64,000 nucleotides of DNA, taken from positions 26,536,001 to 26,600,000 of the forward strand of contig OX597841.1 of the NCBI GenBank assembly GCA_951406725.2. The letters are read 5' to 3'. Position numbers and translations under genes: made by a program. Source of the stretch: Octopus vulgaris. Taxonomy: Eukaryota. Under the pieces are notes generated by a model, which searched no databases, was not told the origin of the DNA, and saw only the letters and a program-made list of their open reading frames with translations. Below are positions 1 to 15,960 of this stretch, piece after piece (within the stretch, counting starts at the first letter, position 1; each line of letters begins with the position of its first letter).

Positions 1-106
1 TTAAAGACTTGTTTTATTTATATTTCCTGAGCGCCATACTAATACAATTGTTTGTTTGTATTCCACCTGCCTTCGTCTTTTGTCTATTTTCATAAAGCTT
101 CCCGTT
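1..106 (+). mobile_element. 3' part of HHR-bearing pLTR-like element (family H1), cut by the window edge
   Basis: Near-identical to the sequence downstream of the HHR at 11425-11527 and 44082-44184 (CCTGAGCGCCATACTAATACAATTG...AAAGCTTCCCGT); ends in (TA)n. Confidence 0.8.
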
Positions 107-120
107 ATATATATATATAT

Positions 121-471
121 ACTCTTGCTCTTTTACTTGTTTCAGTCATTTGACTGCGGCCATGATGGAGCACCGCCTTTAGTCGACCAAATCGACCCCC
201 GGGACTTATTCTTTGTAAGCCCAGTACTTATTCTATCGCTCTCTTTTGCCGAACCGCTAAGTGACGGGGACGTAAACACACCAGCATCAGTTGTCAAGCA
301 ATGCTAGGGGGACAAACACAGACACACAAACATATATACACACATGCATACATATATATATACGTATATACGACAAGCTTCTTTCAGTTTCCGTCTACCA
401 AATCCACTCACAAGGCTTTGGTCGGCCCGAGACTATAGCAGAAGGCACTTGCTCAAGATGCCACGCACTGG

Positions 472-514
<43 letters not shown>

Positions 515-680
515 CGCAGGAGTGGCTGTGTGGTAAGTAGCTTGCTTACCAACCACATGGTTCCTGGTCAGTCCCACTGCGTGGCATCTTGGGCAAGTGT
601 CTTCTACTATAGCCTCGGGCCGACCAAAGCCTTGTGAGTGGATTTGGTAGACGGAAACTGAAAGAAGCCCGTCGTATATA
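121..680. mobile_element. Two tRNA-derived SINE family A copies, head-to-head around (TA)n
   Basis: 121-473 (-) and 512-680 (+) share GGAGTGGCTGTGTGGTAAG...GTCCCACTGCGTGGCA...GGAAACTGAAAGAAGC with many other copies in the window. Confidence 0.85.
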
Positions 681-910
681 CTGGGACACGTGCACGCATG
701 CATCTATTGTCTCTTATAAATCCACACCGTCTTTCAAATGTGACTGTCTTTCGTTCTTGTGCACTCATCCGCCATGTTGCTTGTTTAAAAATAAAAGTTT
801 AAAAAACATGGAAGTTTTGAATGAGATTTCGAGCTGGCGGGAAGCCATTCACAAACCGTGTTTTCACCATGTTGCTTACTTTCTACCGTACTTTTTCCTT
901 TTCTTTTATT

Positions 911-1885
<975 letters not shown>

Positions 1886-2338
1886 TCGTGTTGGTTTGTT
1901 TACATCCCATTTAACTAGCAGTACGGCATAGAGATTCTTATAGAATAAGTACCAGACTTAGATACAAAAAATTCTGGGGACGGTTTGGTTCGCTAAACAA
2001 TTCAAGATGGTGGTGCCCCAGTGTGGCCGCAGTCTAATGAATAAAACTAGTAAATGACAAAAGAAAGCAAGATAGAGCCTAGTAGTAGTAGTAGTAGTAA
2101 ATGAAGAAGGTGAATGGAAGAATAAATAAAGGAGGGAAAAGAAAGAAGGGCAAAGGGAGTCAGAGGAAAAAGCTGGAAAGAGAAAAAGAGAAGCAATGAA
2201 GGAAAATTTAGATGGAGAAAAGAACGATGCAGAATAAAAACAGAAAAGAGAGAGGGGAGAAGATGAAGAAGCAGGTGGAGAAAAAATGAAGAAGGGCGTA
2301 GTGCTTGAAATATGCAGAAGTAAAGAAATATTAATATA

Positions 2339-2734
2339 TCTTTATATATAAAAGTGAAGTTGTTTGTCTGTCTCCTACGATTAAGATTCCTAACTACTCC
2401 CACATTTTGCGGTGCAGTTTAACCAAAACCGGGCATCTTATAGTCGTGATTCATATCGAGCCCTTCTGGGTATTAGCGCGCGTCTACGATGAGTCTACGA
2501 TTAAAAAAAAATTACCATAATTTTTTTTCCATTTTAATGCATTTTTTCGCTATTATATAAGGGAAGTAACTCTCTAAAAATGTCTACGATGAGTCAACGA
2601 TTTAAAAAAAAAATTACTATCATTTTTTCCCCATTTTTAATGCATTTTTTGCTATTTTTTGGCTATAACTCTCTAAAAATGCTTATATAGTTATTTCCCT
2701 TACAAACCCGAGCAACGCCGGGCGTTACTGCTAG
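2339..2734 (+). mobile_element. Non-autonomous Helitron
   Basis: Starts TCTTTATATATAAAAG and ends with hairpin CCCGAGCAACGCCGGG (2707-2722) then CTAG. Inserted between A and T with no TSD. Internal ~100 bp tandem duplication (2482-2681). Confidence 0.85.
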
Positions 2735-2899
2735 TAGATAAATAAATAAATAATAAACAAATAATGATAAATGATAATAAAATAATAATAAATAGATAAT
2801 AGATAATAAATAATAATAAATTATAAATAAATAATGGAAAATAAGAGGAGAATGAAAACGACACGTGATGTTTGAACGTGGAGAGGGGGGGAAAGTTTT

Positions 2900-4250
2900 C
2901 AATTAAGGAGAATGGAAAAGTAGAAGAAGGAAGGGAAGAAGAAGAAGAAGAAGATGATGATGAAGGAACAAGAGAGGAAGGGTAAAAGAGGAGTTGTTAG
3001 GAGGTAGAAGATGATGGATTCAACAGAAATAGGTAAGAGAAAAAGAAAGAAGACGGGGTGGAGATGAAGAAGAAGAAAGAAGAAGAAGGTGCATGGCGGA
3101 GGAGGAGGAGGAGAAGAAGAAGAAGAGGCATGGCGGAGGAGGAGGTGGAGGAGAAGAAGAAAATGAAGACGATTGAATAATACTAATAACTACAATAATG
3201 AAGAGGAGGGGGAGGAGAAAAGAAGATTGAAGAAGATGGACAGAAAGAATAACAAGACGAAGAAGGAAGAATAAGGAAGAGAAGAAAATGAATCGAAGTA
3301 TATGGGATATAATTTGCCGAAGAAGAAGAAGAAGAAAAAGAAGGGGGAGAAAGAGAAGAAGAAAAAAGAAGGGGGAGAAAGAGAAGAAGAAGAAAAAGAA
3401 GGGGGGAGAAAGAGAAGAAGAAGAAGAAGAAGAAGAAGAAGAAGGAGGGAGAAAGAGGAGAAGAAGAAGGAAAGAAAGAAGAACAAGACGAAGAAGGAAG
3501 AATAAGGAAGAGAAGAAAATGGATCGAAGTATATGGGATATAACTTGCCGAAGAAGAAGAAGAATAAAAAGAAGAAGAAGGGGGGGGGAGAAAGAGAAGA
3601 AGAAGAAAAAGAAGAAGGGGGAGACAGAGAAGAAGAAAAAGAATAAGGGGGAGAAAGAGAAGAAGAAGAAGAAGAAGGGGGGAAAAAGAGAAGAAGAAGA
3701 AGAAAAAGAAGGGGGAGAAAGAGAAGAAGAAAAAGAATAAGGGGGAGAAAGAGAAGAAGAAGAAGAATAAGGGGGAGAAAGAGAAGAAGTAAAAGAAGAA
3801 GAGGGAGAAAGAGAAGAAGAAGGGGAGAAAGAGAAGAAGAAGAAGAAGAAGAAGAAGAAGAAGAAGGAGGAGGAGGGAGAAAGAGGAGAAGAAGAAGAAG
3901 AAGAAGAAAAAGAAGGGGGGAGAAAGAGAAGAAGAAGAAAAAGAAGAAGGGGGAAAGAAGAAGAAGAAAGGGGAAAGAAGAGGGGAGAAGAAGTAGATAG
4001 AAAAGGAAGATGAAAGTAGCAAGAAGAAGAAAGACGAGAAGCAAGAAGGAGAAGAAGGAAAGAAACAACTGCAATAACAGCAAGAACAAGGCAAAGGAAG
4101 AAGACGGCAGCGAATGAAATAAATGAACATTGTGCAAAGGAATGAATGGAGAATAATGAAGGAGTGAAGGAGAAATTGGGGAGATGGTTGGTGAGGAAAT
4201 GAAGGAAGACGAAGAAGAGGAAGAGGAGCGGGAGGAGGATGGACGGATGT
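2900..4250. repeat. Polypurine (GAA/GGA)-rich tract with an internal ~231 bp duplication
   Basis: Almost purine-only + strand; the motif ATCGAAGTATATGGGATATAA occurs twice, 231 bp apart. Confidence 0.9.
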
Positions 4251-4341
4251 AGTCTTAATCTGGTTTTAATCCCCGACGCTTGACTTCCGACTAGAGAACT
4301 TCCGGTTTGAAAAAAAAAGTTAATTTTGTGCATGCATTTTG

Positions 4342-4375
<34 letters not shown>

Positions 4376-4426
4376 TCGCATTGTTTTCTTTTTCTTCTTC
4401 TTCTTCTTCTTCTTTGAAATTTTTTT

Positions 4427-4460
<34 letters not shown>

Positions 4461-4622
4461 CTTTTTTTTTTTTTTTTTGTTCTTAGCGAAATTCTTCGAA
4501 GTCGAAGACGGAATGAGATTTCCAGAAAATATTCTTAGAACTCTTTAGAACTCTTCCTTCCTAAACTTCCCCTCACTCCACCTCCCAGCCCATGTATATA
4601 TATATATATATATACATACATT

Positions 4623-4669
<47 letters not shown>

Positions 4670-4880
4670 GCATATATATATATATATATGTGTGTGTATA
4701 TATGTGTATGTGCATATATACTTACATGTGCATACACAAGCACGCATTTTTCTGCATTCCTACGTTACTCTAAACAATCATATTCAGATATCTCAGCGCT
4801 TCCTCCCACGACCACCACCACCATTCACACACTCTCTCGCGCGCGCGAACATGCATAAATTGTACATACAGAGAGAGACA

Positions 4881-4924
<44 letters not shown>

Positions 4925-4927
<3 letters not shown>

Positions 4928-5670
4928 TTCTCTCTTTTACTTGTGTCAGTCATTTGACTGCGGCCATGCTGGAGCGCCGCCTTTAGTCGAGCAAATTGAC
5001 ACCAGGACTTATTCTTTGTAAGCCCAGTACTTATTCTACCGGTCTCTTTTTTGCCGAACCGCTAAGTAACGGGGACGTAACCACACCAGCATCGGTTGTC
5101 AAGCAATGCTAGGGGGACAAACACAGACACACAAACACATACATACATATATGTATATATATATGTATACATATATACGACAGGCTTCTTTCAGTTTCCG
5201 TCTACCAAATCCACTCACAAGGCTTTGGTCGGCCCGGGGCTATAGCAGGAGACATTTGCCTAAGATGCCACACAGTGGGACTGAACCCGGAACCATGTGG
5301 TTGGTAAGCAAGCTACTTACCACACAGCCACTCCTACGCCTATATATATACTCTTCTTTTTTTTTAACTCTTTTACTTGTTTCTCTCACTTGACTGTGGC
5401 CATGCTGGAGCACCGCCTTTAGTCGTGCCGATCGATCCCAGGATTTATTCTTTGTGAGCCTAGTACTTATTCTATCGGTCTCTTTGCCGAACTGCTAAGT
5501 TACGGGGACGTAAACACACCAGCATCGGTTGTCAAGTGATGACGGTGGAGAGACCGACACAAAGACACGCACTCAAACACACATGTGTACGTACCCGCAA
5601 CGGGCTTCTTTCGGTTTCCGCCTACCAAACCCACGCACAAGGCTTTGGTCGACCCGAGGCTATAGTAGAA
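4925..5670 (-). mobile_element. SINE family A: full copy (4925-5340) and partial copy (5368-5670)
   Basis: Family A sequence with internal (TA/CA) tract and (GAGTAAAA)-type tail. Confidence 0.85.
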
Positions 5671-5820
5671 CCCAGAATATCACTGGTACTTAGTTTATCG
5701 ATTACGAGAAGATGAAAAGCAAAGTCGACCTCGGGTGAATTTGAACTCAGAACGTAGCGACGCGCGGAATACCGCTTAGCGCTTCGCCCCGCGTACTTAC
5801 GATTCTGCCAGCTCGCCGCC
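5670..5820 (-). mobile_element. tRNA-derived SINE family B (5' part; possibly CORE-type)
   Basis: Reverse complement of GGCGGCGAGCTGGCAGAA...GAGTTCAAATT...GGTCGACTTTGC; abuts (TAA)n. Confidence 0.8.
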
Positions 5821-5883
<63 letters not shown>

Positions 5884-5931
5884 GCAACAATAATATTAAT
5901 ACTGATAATGATTATCTTCTCTATCGTTTAT

Positions 5932-5997
<66 letters not shown>

Positions 5998-6097
5998 TTA
6001 TATATAAATTCATATCTATAAATGTGATGTATATGTATATATGTGTACGTATATCCACATGCAAACAGCCGTTTATAACATGACAGATATATATATG

Positions 6098-6165
<68 letters not shown>

Positions 6166-6580
6166 TACACAGACACGCAAACACACAAACAAACGTATAC
6201 ACATACACACTCACGCACACACAACAACAGGCATGCTAACAAAGGTATATACACATACATATACACACACACAGATACACATATATATATATGTATGCAT
6301 ACAGCCTTCACTCATACGCACAGACGCTGACACACACACACACATGCGCTCACACACACTCACATACAGCCATGCATACACATACCCCCATCCCGCACAT
6401 GCGTACACAGGACGTCGAAATTATCCGAAGTTTATATTTAAAACGTCCATGTCCGTCTTGGCTTTTTTTTCGTTTGCTTTTATGTGTGTTGGTTCGTATT
6501 TAAATTGTTTGTTGTTGTCGCTGTTGCTGGTGCTGTAATAATTATTGTTGTTGTTGTATACACCCACAACAAGAACAACG

Positions 6581-6621
<41 letters not shown>

Positions 6622-6868
6622 ACCAACAACAGCAACGACCGTAGCAACATGGGCTAGTGATTATTAGCAACGGAAGTTGTGTTAGTTCGAAATTAGCAAA
6701 CTATATATATACATATTTCGAAGTGTGTCGAAAGCTTTCTAAACTGCAGTATTCATCCTGAGAGAGAATCGCTTACACACACACACACACAAACACGCGC
6801 ACGCACACACACACGCACACACACACACACACATGTATTTATACAATGTGCGTATATATATGTATATG

Positions 6869-6927
<59 letters not shown>

Positions 6928-7101
6928 CAAATAAGAAAATGGAGAAGCACTATAGTTGGTTCATCAACTTTAGGACATTAAAAATGTTAACTTATTTATT
7001 TATTAAACTAATAATTATAATAACATACATACATTGGGTATCTCTGTCTCTGTTTCTGTTCCTGTGTGCCTGTCTCACCACCCTCTCTCTCTCCGTATAT
7101 G

Positions 7102-7181
<80 letters not shown>

Positions 7182-7183
<2 letters not shown>

Positions 7184-7260
7184 AGTGTCTTCCGCTGAAG
7201 CCGCTGGCCGACCAAAACCTTGTGAGTGGATTTGGTAGGCGGAAACTGAAAGAAGCCTGT

Positions 7261-7322
<62 letters not shown>

Positions 7323-7340
7323 CATACATACATACATACA

Positions 7341-7371
<31 letters not shown>

Positions 7372-7797
7372 GTTTGTGTGTCTGTGTTTGTCCCCCCAAT
7401 ATCGCTTGACAATCGATGTTGGTGTGTTTACGTCTCCGTAATTTAGCGGTTCGGCATAATAGACCGGATAGAATAAATACTAGGCTTACAACGAATAAGT
7501 TCTGGGGTCGATTTGCTCGACTAAAAGGCGGTGCTCCAGCATGGCCACAGTCAAATGACTGAAATCACTATGTGACGAGGGCGTAAACACACCAGCATCG
7601 GTTGTCAAGCGATTTGGGGGTACAAGCACACATACACACACACGACGGGCTTCTTTTAGTTTCCGACTACCAAATCCACTCCCAAGGCTTTGGTCGGCCT
7701 GAGGCTATAGTAGAAGACACTTGCCCAAGGTGCACGGCAGTGGGACTGAACCCGGAACCATGTGATTGGTAAACAAGCTACTTACCACACTCCTACG

Positions 7798-7800
<3 letters not shown>
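7182..7800. mobile_element. Two SINE A copies, tail-to-tail (7182-7570 +, 7575-7800 -)
   Basis: Family A motifs on opposite strands. Confidence 0.8.
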
Positions 7801-7877
<77 letters not shown>

Positions 7878-7878
7878 G

Positions 7879-8268
7879 TGGATGGAAGCACTCCGTCGGT
7901 TACGACGATGAGGGTTCCGGTTGATCCGAATCAACGGAGCAGCCTGGTCGTGAAATTAACGTGTAAGTGGCTGAGCACTCCACCGACACGTGCACCCTTA
8001 ACGTAGTTCTCGGGGATATTCAGCGTGACACAGAGAGTGACAAGGCCGGCCCTTTGAAATACAGGTACAACAGAAACAGGAAGTAAGAGTGAGAGAAAGT
8101 TGTGGTGAAAGAGTACAGCAGGGATCACTACCATCCCCTGCCGGAGCCTCGTGGGGCTTTTAGGTGTTTTCGCTCAATAAACACTCACAACGCCCGGTCT
8201 GGGAATGGAAACCGCGATCCTATGACCGCGAGTCCGCTGCCCTAACCACTGGGCCATTGCGCCTCCAC
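7879..8268 (-). mobile_element. tRNA-derived SINE family C, full length
   Basis: Minus strand begins GTGGAGGCGCAATGGCCCAGTGGTTAGGGCAGCGG (A-box-like), followed by B-box-like GGTTTCCATTCC. Near-identical to 42554-43221. Confidence 0.85.
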
Positions 8269-8754
8269 ATATATAATGTATGTATGTATCGAACACATAT
8301 CGAGCCGGCTGTTTCGGCGTGATTTCACAGCCTCAGTCGTAGGCGCTGTCTTGCTCATTTGGAGCGAGGCCAAAACTTTTGTACTTACGTATAGGAAACA
8401 ACAAACAATGTATTCTCTGATGTGTGTTGTTGCTTGCCAAGCTGGGATTAATTTAGTATAAGCGAAGATCAAAATGAATATATTTACGTTTATTTTTAAC
8501 ACACGTAGACACACAGAGACACACGCACGCGCGCGCGCGCATTGTTGTGGGTGTCTGTAACTGATCGTGGCAAAGCAAAAAAAAAAAAAGAACAAAAACA
8601 TTTGTGAAGGCGTGATATACGCTGCGACAACATTACGTGAACGACGGCCATAGGTGTGTTCTAGTTTGTTGTAGAGGTCGACTCTGTCTGTCCGTGTACT
8701 ATTCGTTAAACCGCTAACGAGGTGTCAGTAGAGTGGAAGCAGCGAGTTCAGTTC

Positions 8755-8792
<38 letters not shown>

Positions 8793-8895
8793 ACACAGAC
8801 ACAAACGCAACACACTCACATAAACACAGACACACAAACCCTAACACACACATACTCACACACACACAAACACATAAACACAGACACACAAACCC

Positions 8896-8937
<42 letters not shown>

Positions 8938-9314
8938 ACTCAGAATAGGTGCAAGTGTGTGGTAAGAAGTTGAATTCCCGACCACAAGTTTTCGAGTTCA
9001 GTTCCTCTGCCTGGCATCTTTGGCATGAGTTTTCTGTTATAGCCCCAGGTCGACCATGTTCTCGTGTCTCGATTTGATAGACGGAAATCCCCCAAAAGTA
9101 TCGGAAGCCTTCATGTGCGTATACATCCAATCATACATACATAAATGCATACATACTTACATACATACATACATACATACATACATCCAATCATACATAC
9201 ATAAATGCGTACATACATACATACGTACGTACATACATACATACATACATACATACATACATACATACATACATACATACATACATACATACTTACAAAC
9301 AAACATATTGCCTA

Positions 9315-10149
9315 TATATCAACATTGAGAAATTAGGCTTCTCAAAACTAGAAAGGAGAAAGGTGATTCGAAAACTACAGATCCAATCCATCACTGGAAC
9401 TGTAAAAATCTGTAAAACTTTCCAGAAGTTTATCATTTAAGTATAAATGAGAATGTCTAGATATGCAACTATATGCATGGGAATACATACAAAAAACATA
9501 CAAATCTGTACGTACACATACATACATACATACATATATACATACAAACAAAAATAACCTGTTGTCGATGTTGAAATTCCAAGGAAGGAGCCTTGGATCT
9601 AGGTTAGAAACCGACCCTTTCTCTATTGGCATGAAATCTCGAAATAAATTGAATAATGACATGCTTGCAAGCATGCATGCATGCATGCATGCATCCATCC
9701 ATCCATACATACATACATATTTACATACCTACACTGAAATCTGCACTTTCACTCTCCACATCACAAGTTCAGGTTTATACCTGTAATTATTGGGACACTG
9801 GGATATGTATCACATTGTACAATTCCCAACCTTGTGAAATTAGGCTTCTCAAAAGAAGAAAAGAGAAAGCTAATTCGATGTCTAGAGATCCAATCCATCA
9901 CTGGAACTGTAAAATCTGTTAAACTTTTTACAAATATATATTTAAATATATATGAGCATGTCCAGTTATGCAAATATATGCATGAGAATACATACATGAA
10001 ACAAAATATACAAATCTGCACATATACATACATACAAACAAAAATACCCTATTGATGTTGTTGAAATTCCAATGAAGGTGTCATGGATCTAGGTTAGAAA
10101 CCGGTTCTTTCTCTATTGGCAAGAAATCTTGAAACAAAACTGAACAATG

Positions 10150-10152
<3 letters not shown>
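9315..10152 (+). repeat. Unclassified dispersed repeat family D, two tandem units
   Basis: GAAATTAGGCTTCTCAAAA...GGATCTAGGTTAGAAACCG occurs twice. Reverse copies at ~20095-20485, 21552-21820 and 44880-44985. Confidence 0.75.
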
Positions 10153-10203
<51 letters not shown>

Positions 10204-10224
10204 TTATATATATGTGTGTGTATA

Positions 10225-10400
10225 TACGAGGGGTGATAGAAGGTTCCTGACTTTAATGGTATCGTGAAAGGCCTGGTTGGAGTGCCAGCCTTCCCAAGTT
10301 CTTTTACAGGGTTTAGGATAAAATGAAGGACTTCAGCAATAGTTGTGTGAATCTGAGAGGGGAATATGTTGAACAAAGTCATAATTAACTGATCCTCCTA
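10225..10400 (+). mobile_element. Mariner-derived MITE fragment
   Basis: TA-CGAGGGGTG terminus; homologous to 61455-61694, which carries a remnant of the transposase C-terminus. Confidence 0.65.
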
Positions 10401-10511
<111 letters not shown>

Positions 10512-10536
10512 ATATATGTATGTATTTATATGCGTT

Positions 10537-10597
<61 letters not shown>

Positions 10598-10631
10598 CAT
10601 ATATATATGTATATATGTATTTATATGTGTT

Positions 10632-10674
<43 letters not shown>

Positions 10675-11012
10675 GTATATATATATGTATATATGTATTT
10701 ATATGTGTTTGTATATATATATATATATACATACATACATATATATATATATGTGTGTGTGTATGTATGTATGTATATGAGAATCTGTAATGTGCTTTGA
10801 AAAATGCACGCCTAGCTGTGTATACATTGGCATATACATTAATGAATATATAAATATGATTACATCAATATATACACACAAGCGTATACATCTACATATA
10901 GACATATTTATGTACGTATGTGTATATATATATATATATATGAATACAAACACACACATATATATATATATATGTGAATATATGTACACATATATGAATA
11001 CATAAATATGTT

Positions 11013-11055
<43 letters not shown>

Positions 11056-11391
11056 AATGTATGTATACCCATGCGATGTATATATTTGGTGTCAGCACGA
11101 TATTGTAAATAATACTTGTCACTGTAATGATGTATATATGATTAATGTAGGTTGTGTGTGGATGCGTATATATCTATATACATATATGCATACATAAGTA
11201 TCTCTCTCCACCCGCTCTCCCTCTCTCCCTCTCTCCCTCTCTCTCTCTCTCCTTATCTATCTGTCTTCAGATTCGTTGACATACTCTGTGTGTCTGTCAC
11301 CGTTTGTTCTCTTCTATCTGCAATGTATTCATTTAGCTCCTACACGCATTTTTTCCTCTCCTTGTTTCTCTCCCAGTTTCTTTTCTGTGTA

Positions 11392-11429
11392 TCTTTCTGG
11401 TGAAGAGCGTAGGCTCGAAACGTAAATGA
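11392..11429 (+). ncRNA. Degenerate minimal type I hammerhead (family H1, A6G core change)
   Basis: TCTTT-CTGGTGA-A-GAGC gtag GCTC-GAAA-CG-TA-AATGA; same element as 44049-44086 with core and stem I mutations. Confidence 0.7.
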
Positions 11430-11530
11430 CTTGTTCTATTTCTATTCCTGAGCGCCATACTAATACAATTGTTTGTTTGTACTCCACCTGCCTTCGTCTT
11501 TTGTTTATTTTCGTAAAGCTTCCCGTTATA

Positions 11531-12281
11531 CTCTTACTCTCTTTTACTCTTTTACTTGTTTCAGTCATTTGACTGCGGCCATGCTGGAGCACCGCCTTTA
11601 GTCGAGCAAATCGACCCCGGGACTTATTCTTTGTAAGCCCAGTACTTATTCTATCGGTCTCTTTTACTTGTTTCAGTCATTTGACTGTGGCCATGCTGGA
11701 GCACCGCCTTTAGTCGAGCAAATCGACCCCGGGACTTATTCTTTGTAAGCCCAGTACTTATTCTATCGGTCTCTTTTACTTGTTTCAGTCATTTGACTGT
11801 GGCCATGCTGGAGCACCGCCTTTAGTCGACCAAATCGACCCCGGGACTTATTCTTTGTAAGCCCAGTACTTATTCTATCGGTCTCTTTTACTTGTTTCAG
11901 TCATTTGACTGTGGCCATGCTGGAGCACCGCCTTTAGTCGAGCAAATCGACCCCGGGACTTATTCTTTGTAAGCCCAGTACGTATTCTATCGGTCTCTTT
12001 TTTGCCGAACCGCTAAGTAACGGGGACATAAACACACCAGCATCGGTTGTCAAGCAATGCTAGGGGGACAAACAGACACACAAACACGCACACACATATA
12101 TATATATATATACATATATACGACAGGCTTCTTTCAGTTTCCGTCTACCAAATCCACTCACAAGGCATTGGTCGGCCCGGAGCTATAGCAGAAGACACTT
12201 GCCCAAGTTGCCACGCAGTGGGACTGAACCTGGAACCATGTGGTTGGTTAGCAAGCTACTTACCACACAGCCACTCCTGCG

Positions 12282-12349
<68 letters not shown>

Positions 12350-12560
12350 ATATGCGTGTGAATGTATGTGTGGTACGAAGTTTGCTTCCCTGTCACATAG
12401 TTCCGGGTTCAGTCCCACTGCGTGGCACCTTGGAGAGGTGTCTGCTATTATAGCTCCGGGCTGATCAAAGCCTTGTGAGCAAGTGTCTTCTACTATAGAC
12501 TCGGGTCGACCGAAGCCTTGTGAGTGGATTTGGTAGACGGAAACTGAAAGAATCCCGCCG
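11531..12560. mobile_element. SINE A (-) with 4x 112 bp tandem 3' segment, plus a head-to-head SINE A (+)
   Basis: Units start at 11547, 11659, 11771 and 11883; head ends at ~12284. The + copy spans ~12365-12560. Confidence 0.85.
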
Positions 12561-13476
12561 TATATATACACATATATATACGTATATATTTGTGTGTATG
12601 TGTATATGTATGTATATGTCTATATGGTGCACACACACGCACAAATATATTTATGTATAGGCCTGCTCGCTTAGCCAGCGGGGTGGCGTCATTTAAAAGC
12701 TAAAACAATGCAAAGCGCATTGTGACCAGCGATGTGTAGTAGCATCTAATAGTCTGGTCGGTCACGGTGATATATATTTATACACACACACACACATACA
12801 AACACACATATACAGAGTTACAAGTAATGAACATACACATACACACATCTTCAAACACACATATACATAATCTTTCATTCTTTCATACGTTTCAGCGCAA
12901 ATTCCATGGCCATGCTGGAGCACAGTATTCGTGCACTGACCAACAGATAGGCATATGCATACATACTATGTATGTATGCATATGCCTATCCCAACTAATA
13001 CCTTTATCTCCACCACAGCCAACATCACCACCCACACCATGACCACCACGACGACCATCATTATCATCTTCATCAACATCATCGTCGTAGTAGTCACCAT
13101 CACCAGCTTCATCATCGTCGTCGCCGTCTTCCTTTTCCTTCTCATCCTCATCCTCCCTATCATCTTCCTCATCGTCATCATCGTCGTCGTCGTCGTTATC
13201 ATCGCTTCTGGTTTTCTCATTCATCATCATCAATCATTAGTCTTATCATCGCTGTCATCACCTCCGTACCACTACCGCCGCCGCCGCCGCCACCACCACC
13301 ACCACCACACCAAATCGCCATCAATGAGTCCGACCTCTACACGTTAACTTGACCTGGTAGAAACAGTAGCCAAATCTTCCTCAAATCACCTCTTACTCGT
13401 GTGTGTGTGTGTGTATACATATGTACAGTACACACACACACACACACATATAAATATACAATATATATATATATAT

Positions 13477-13562
<86 letters not shown>

Positions 13563-13579
13563 ATTACTCGTTTTAGTTA

Positions 13580-13940
13580 CTAGGTTGCGGACACGCTGGG
13601 GCATCCCCTTGAAGAATTTTTAGTCGGATGAATCGACCCTAGTACTTATTCCTTCAAAGCTTCGTACTTATTCTATCGTTCCCTTTTACCGAACTACTAT
13701 GCTATGAGGACGTAAATACACCAATACTGGTTGTCACGTGGTGGGAGGACAAACACAAATGCAAACATTCCCCCAAACACAGACACACACACAAGCATAT
13801 ATATATATATATGATGGGCTTCTTTCGGTCTCCATCTAACAAATCCATTCACAAGGCTTTTGTCAGCCAGAGGCTCTTGTAGAAGACAGTTGCCTAAGGG
13901 TGGGGTTGGAAACCAAACTTTCTATCACACAGCCACGTAT
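13580..13940 (-). mobile_element. Old diverged SINE A-like copy
   Basis: Degenerate GAATCGACCCTAGTACTTATT...CACAAGGCTTT...GAAGACA motifs. Confidence 0.6.
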
Positions 13941-14372
13941 GCATAAAGAAACAAATGGGTTATCTGGTACTGCTAGAATTGTTTCCTTAAGAATCCTTAT
14001 TGTGACGTAAACATGGCACTATCACGTATGCATTATGCGCACACCTATAAAATTACGTAATATGTTACACAACTACCAACTCATCAGGATTACGGAATAA
14101 GCAAGCATATAATGGACATGTCGCTTAACGAAGAGATTGTCGATGTAATGAAATAACTGTAGCAGAATCTTATATGCGATTCGTCTGTGTGTATTTGGAT
14201 GCTGGTGGTTATTGTTCTGTCTTCGATTACTAAATAGCAGTGAACCTCGGTTCATCGATGCATACTGTGCTGTGATAATGAATTGCTTAAGTTTCTGATG
14301 TGCATCATCTTGACTAGCCGGTAATTGTGGTGTGCTTTCCTTCGATATGCATCGAACCTTTTTGGTTCCACT

Positions 14373-14409
<37 letters not shown>

Positions 14410-14574
14410 TAATTATAATAACAATAATAATGATAATAATTGTTATTATTATTATTATTGTTATTCAGTAGTTTTATTTTTATAGCGTGCTTTCACTTCA
14501 CTACCGAGCACAGCTCTGTGTGCCTTGGGTATGTGCTGTGATTTGTTGTGATGCTCTGATGGTTATTGTATGGA

Positions 14575-14638
<64 letters not shown>

Positions 14639-14742
14639 GTTTGTGTGAGTGTACGTGTGGGTGCGTGTGTGCGTGTTCTTGTATGTGTGTGACGTATGTA
14701 TTTCTAAACGTGTACGTGCGCGTATGTATGTATGTATATATA

Positions 14743-14782
<40 letters not shown>

Positions 14783-14817
14783 TAGGTGTGACATGTGCGT
14801 GTGAGTACCTGTGTGTA

Positions 14818-14856
<39 letters not shown>

Positions 14857-14905
14857 TGTGACATGTGCGTGTGAGTACCTGTGTGTATGTATGTATGTAT
14901 GTATG

Positions 14906-15016
<111 letters not shown>

Positions 15017-15034
15017 GTTATATAACCCTTTATA

Positions 15035-15157
<123 letters not shown>

Positions 15158-15885
15158 TATACATACATACAGGTGTGACGTATGTGTTTCTGAACATGTG
15201 TGTGTGTGTGTATTTGTGTTTACCTTTCACGAAAATGTTAGTACACATGTTCCTGGATAAGTGGATGTTTTTAGAACGAAATGAAACACGGATTCACTGA
15301 CACACAGCTAGACAGACAGACAGACGGACAGACAGACAAAACCGACGCTATTCTCGGATGCGCTGACCCATACACACAAACGCATAGACATGCACACACA
15401 CATAAAGACACACACACGTAGACAGCCTTACAGCGTTACATGCCTACATATATACGTATATGGATATACATAGGTATTAACACACACACTCACCTACACA
15501 TAAGCACACACACACGTAGATATCTTTATATGCATACGTATATGCGTACAGAGATATACATAAGTATTTATACACTTGCATACTCACCTACATATATGCA
15601 CACACACACAAATAAATAAATATATATATATATATACATACATACATACATATATATATATATACATATACACATACACCCTCACACACGTAGACATCTT
15701 TACATGCATACATATATACAGGGATATACATAAGTATTAACACACACGTACACTCACCTACACATATGCACACACACAAATACATACACAGATATATATA
15801 TATGTGTGTGTGTTTGTAGACCCATAAACATACGCATTTATATAGCGAGCTTTGTCTATGAAAGAGAGACACACACAGTGATAGA

Positions 15886-15960
<75 letters not shown>

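Noticed and set aside
3020-4381. 453 aa ORF, and similar long ORFs at 15588, 16702, 25465, 29214, 34138, 35004, 51697 and 56281
   Set aside because: Translations of microsatellites that lack stop codons; no domain content.
8190-8268. tRNA-like heads of SINE A/B/C as tRNA genes
   Set aside because: No complete cloverleaf; always continuous with a SINE body.
13980-14090. Minus-strand CTGATGA at 14081-14087
   Set aside because: No stem II/GAAA arrangement can be formed.
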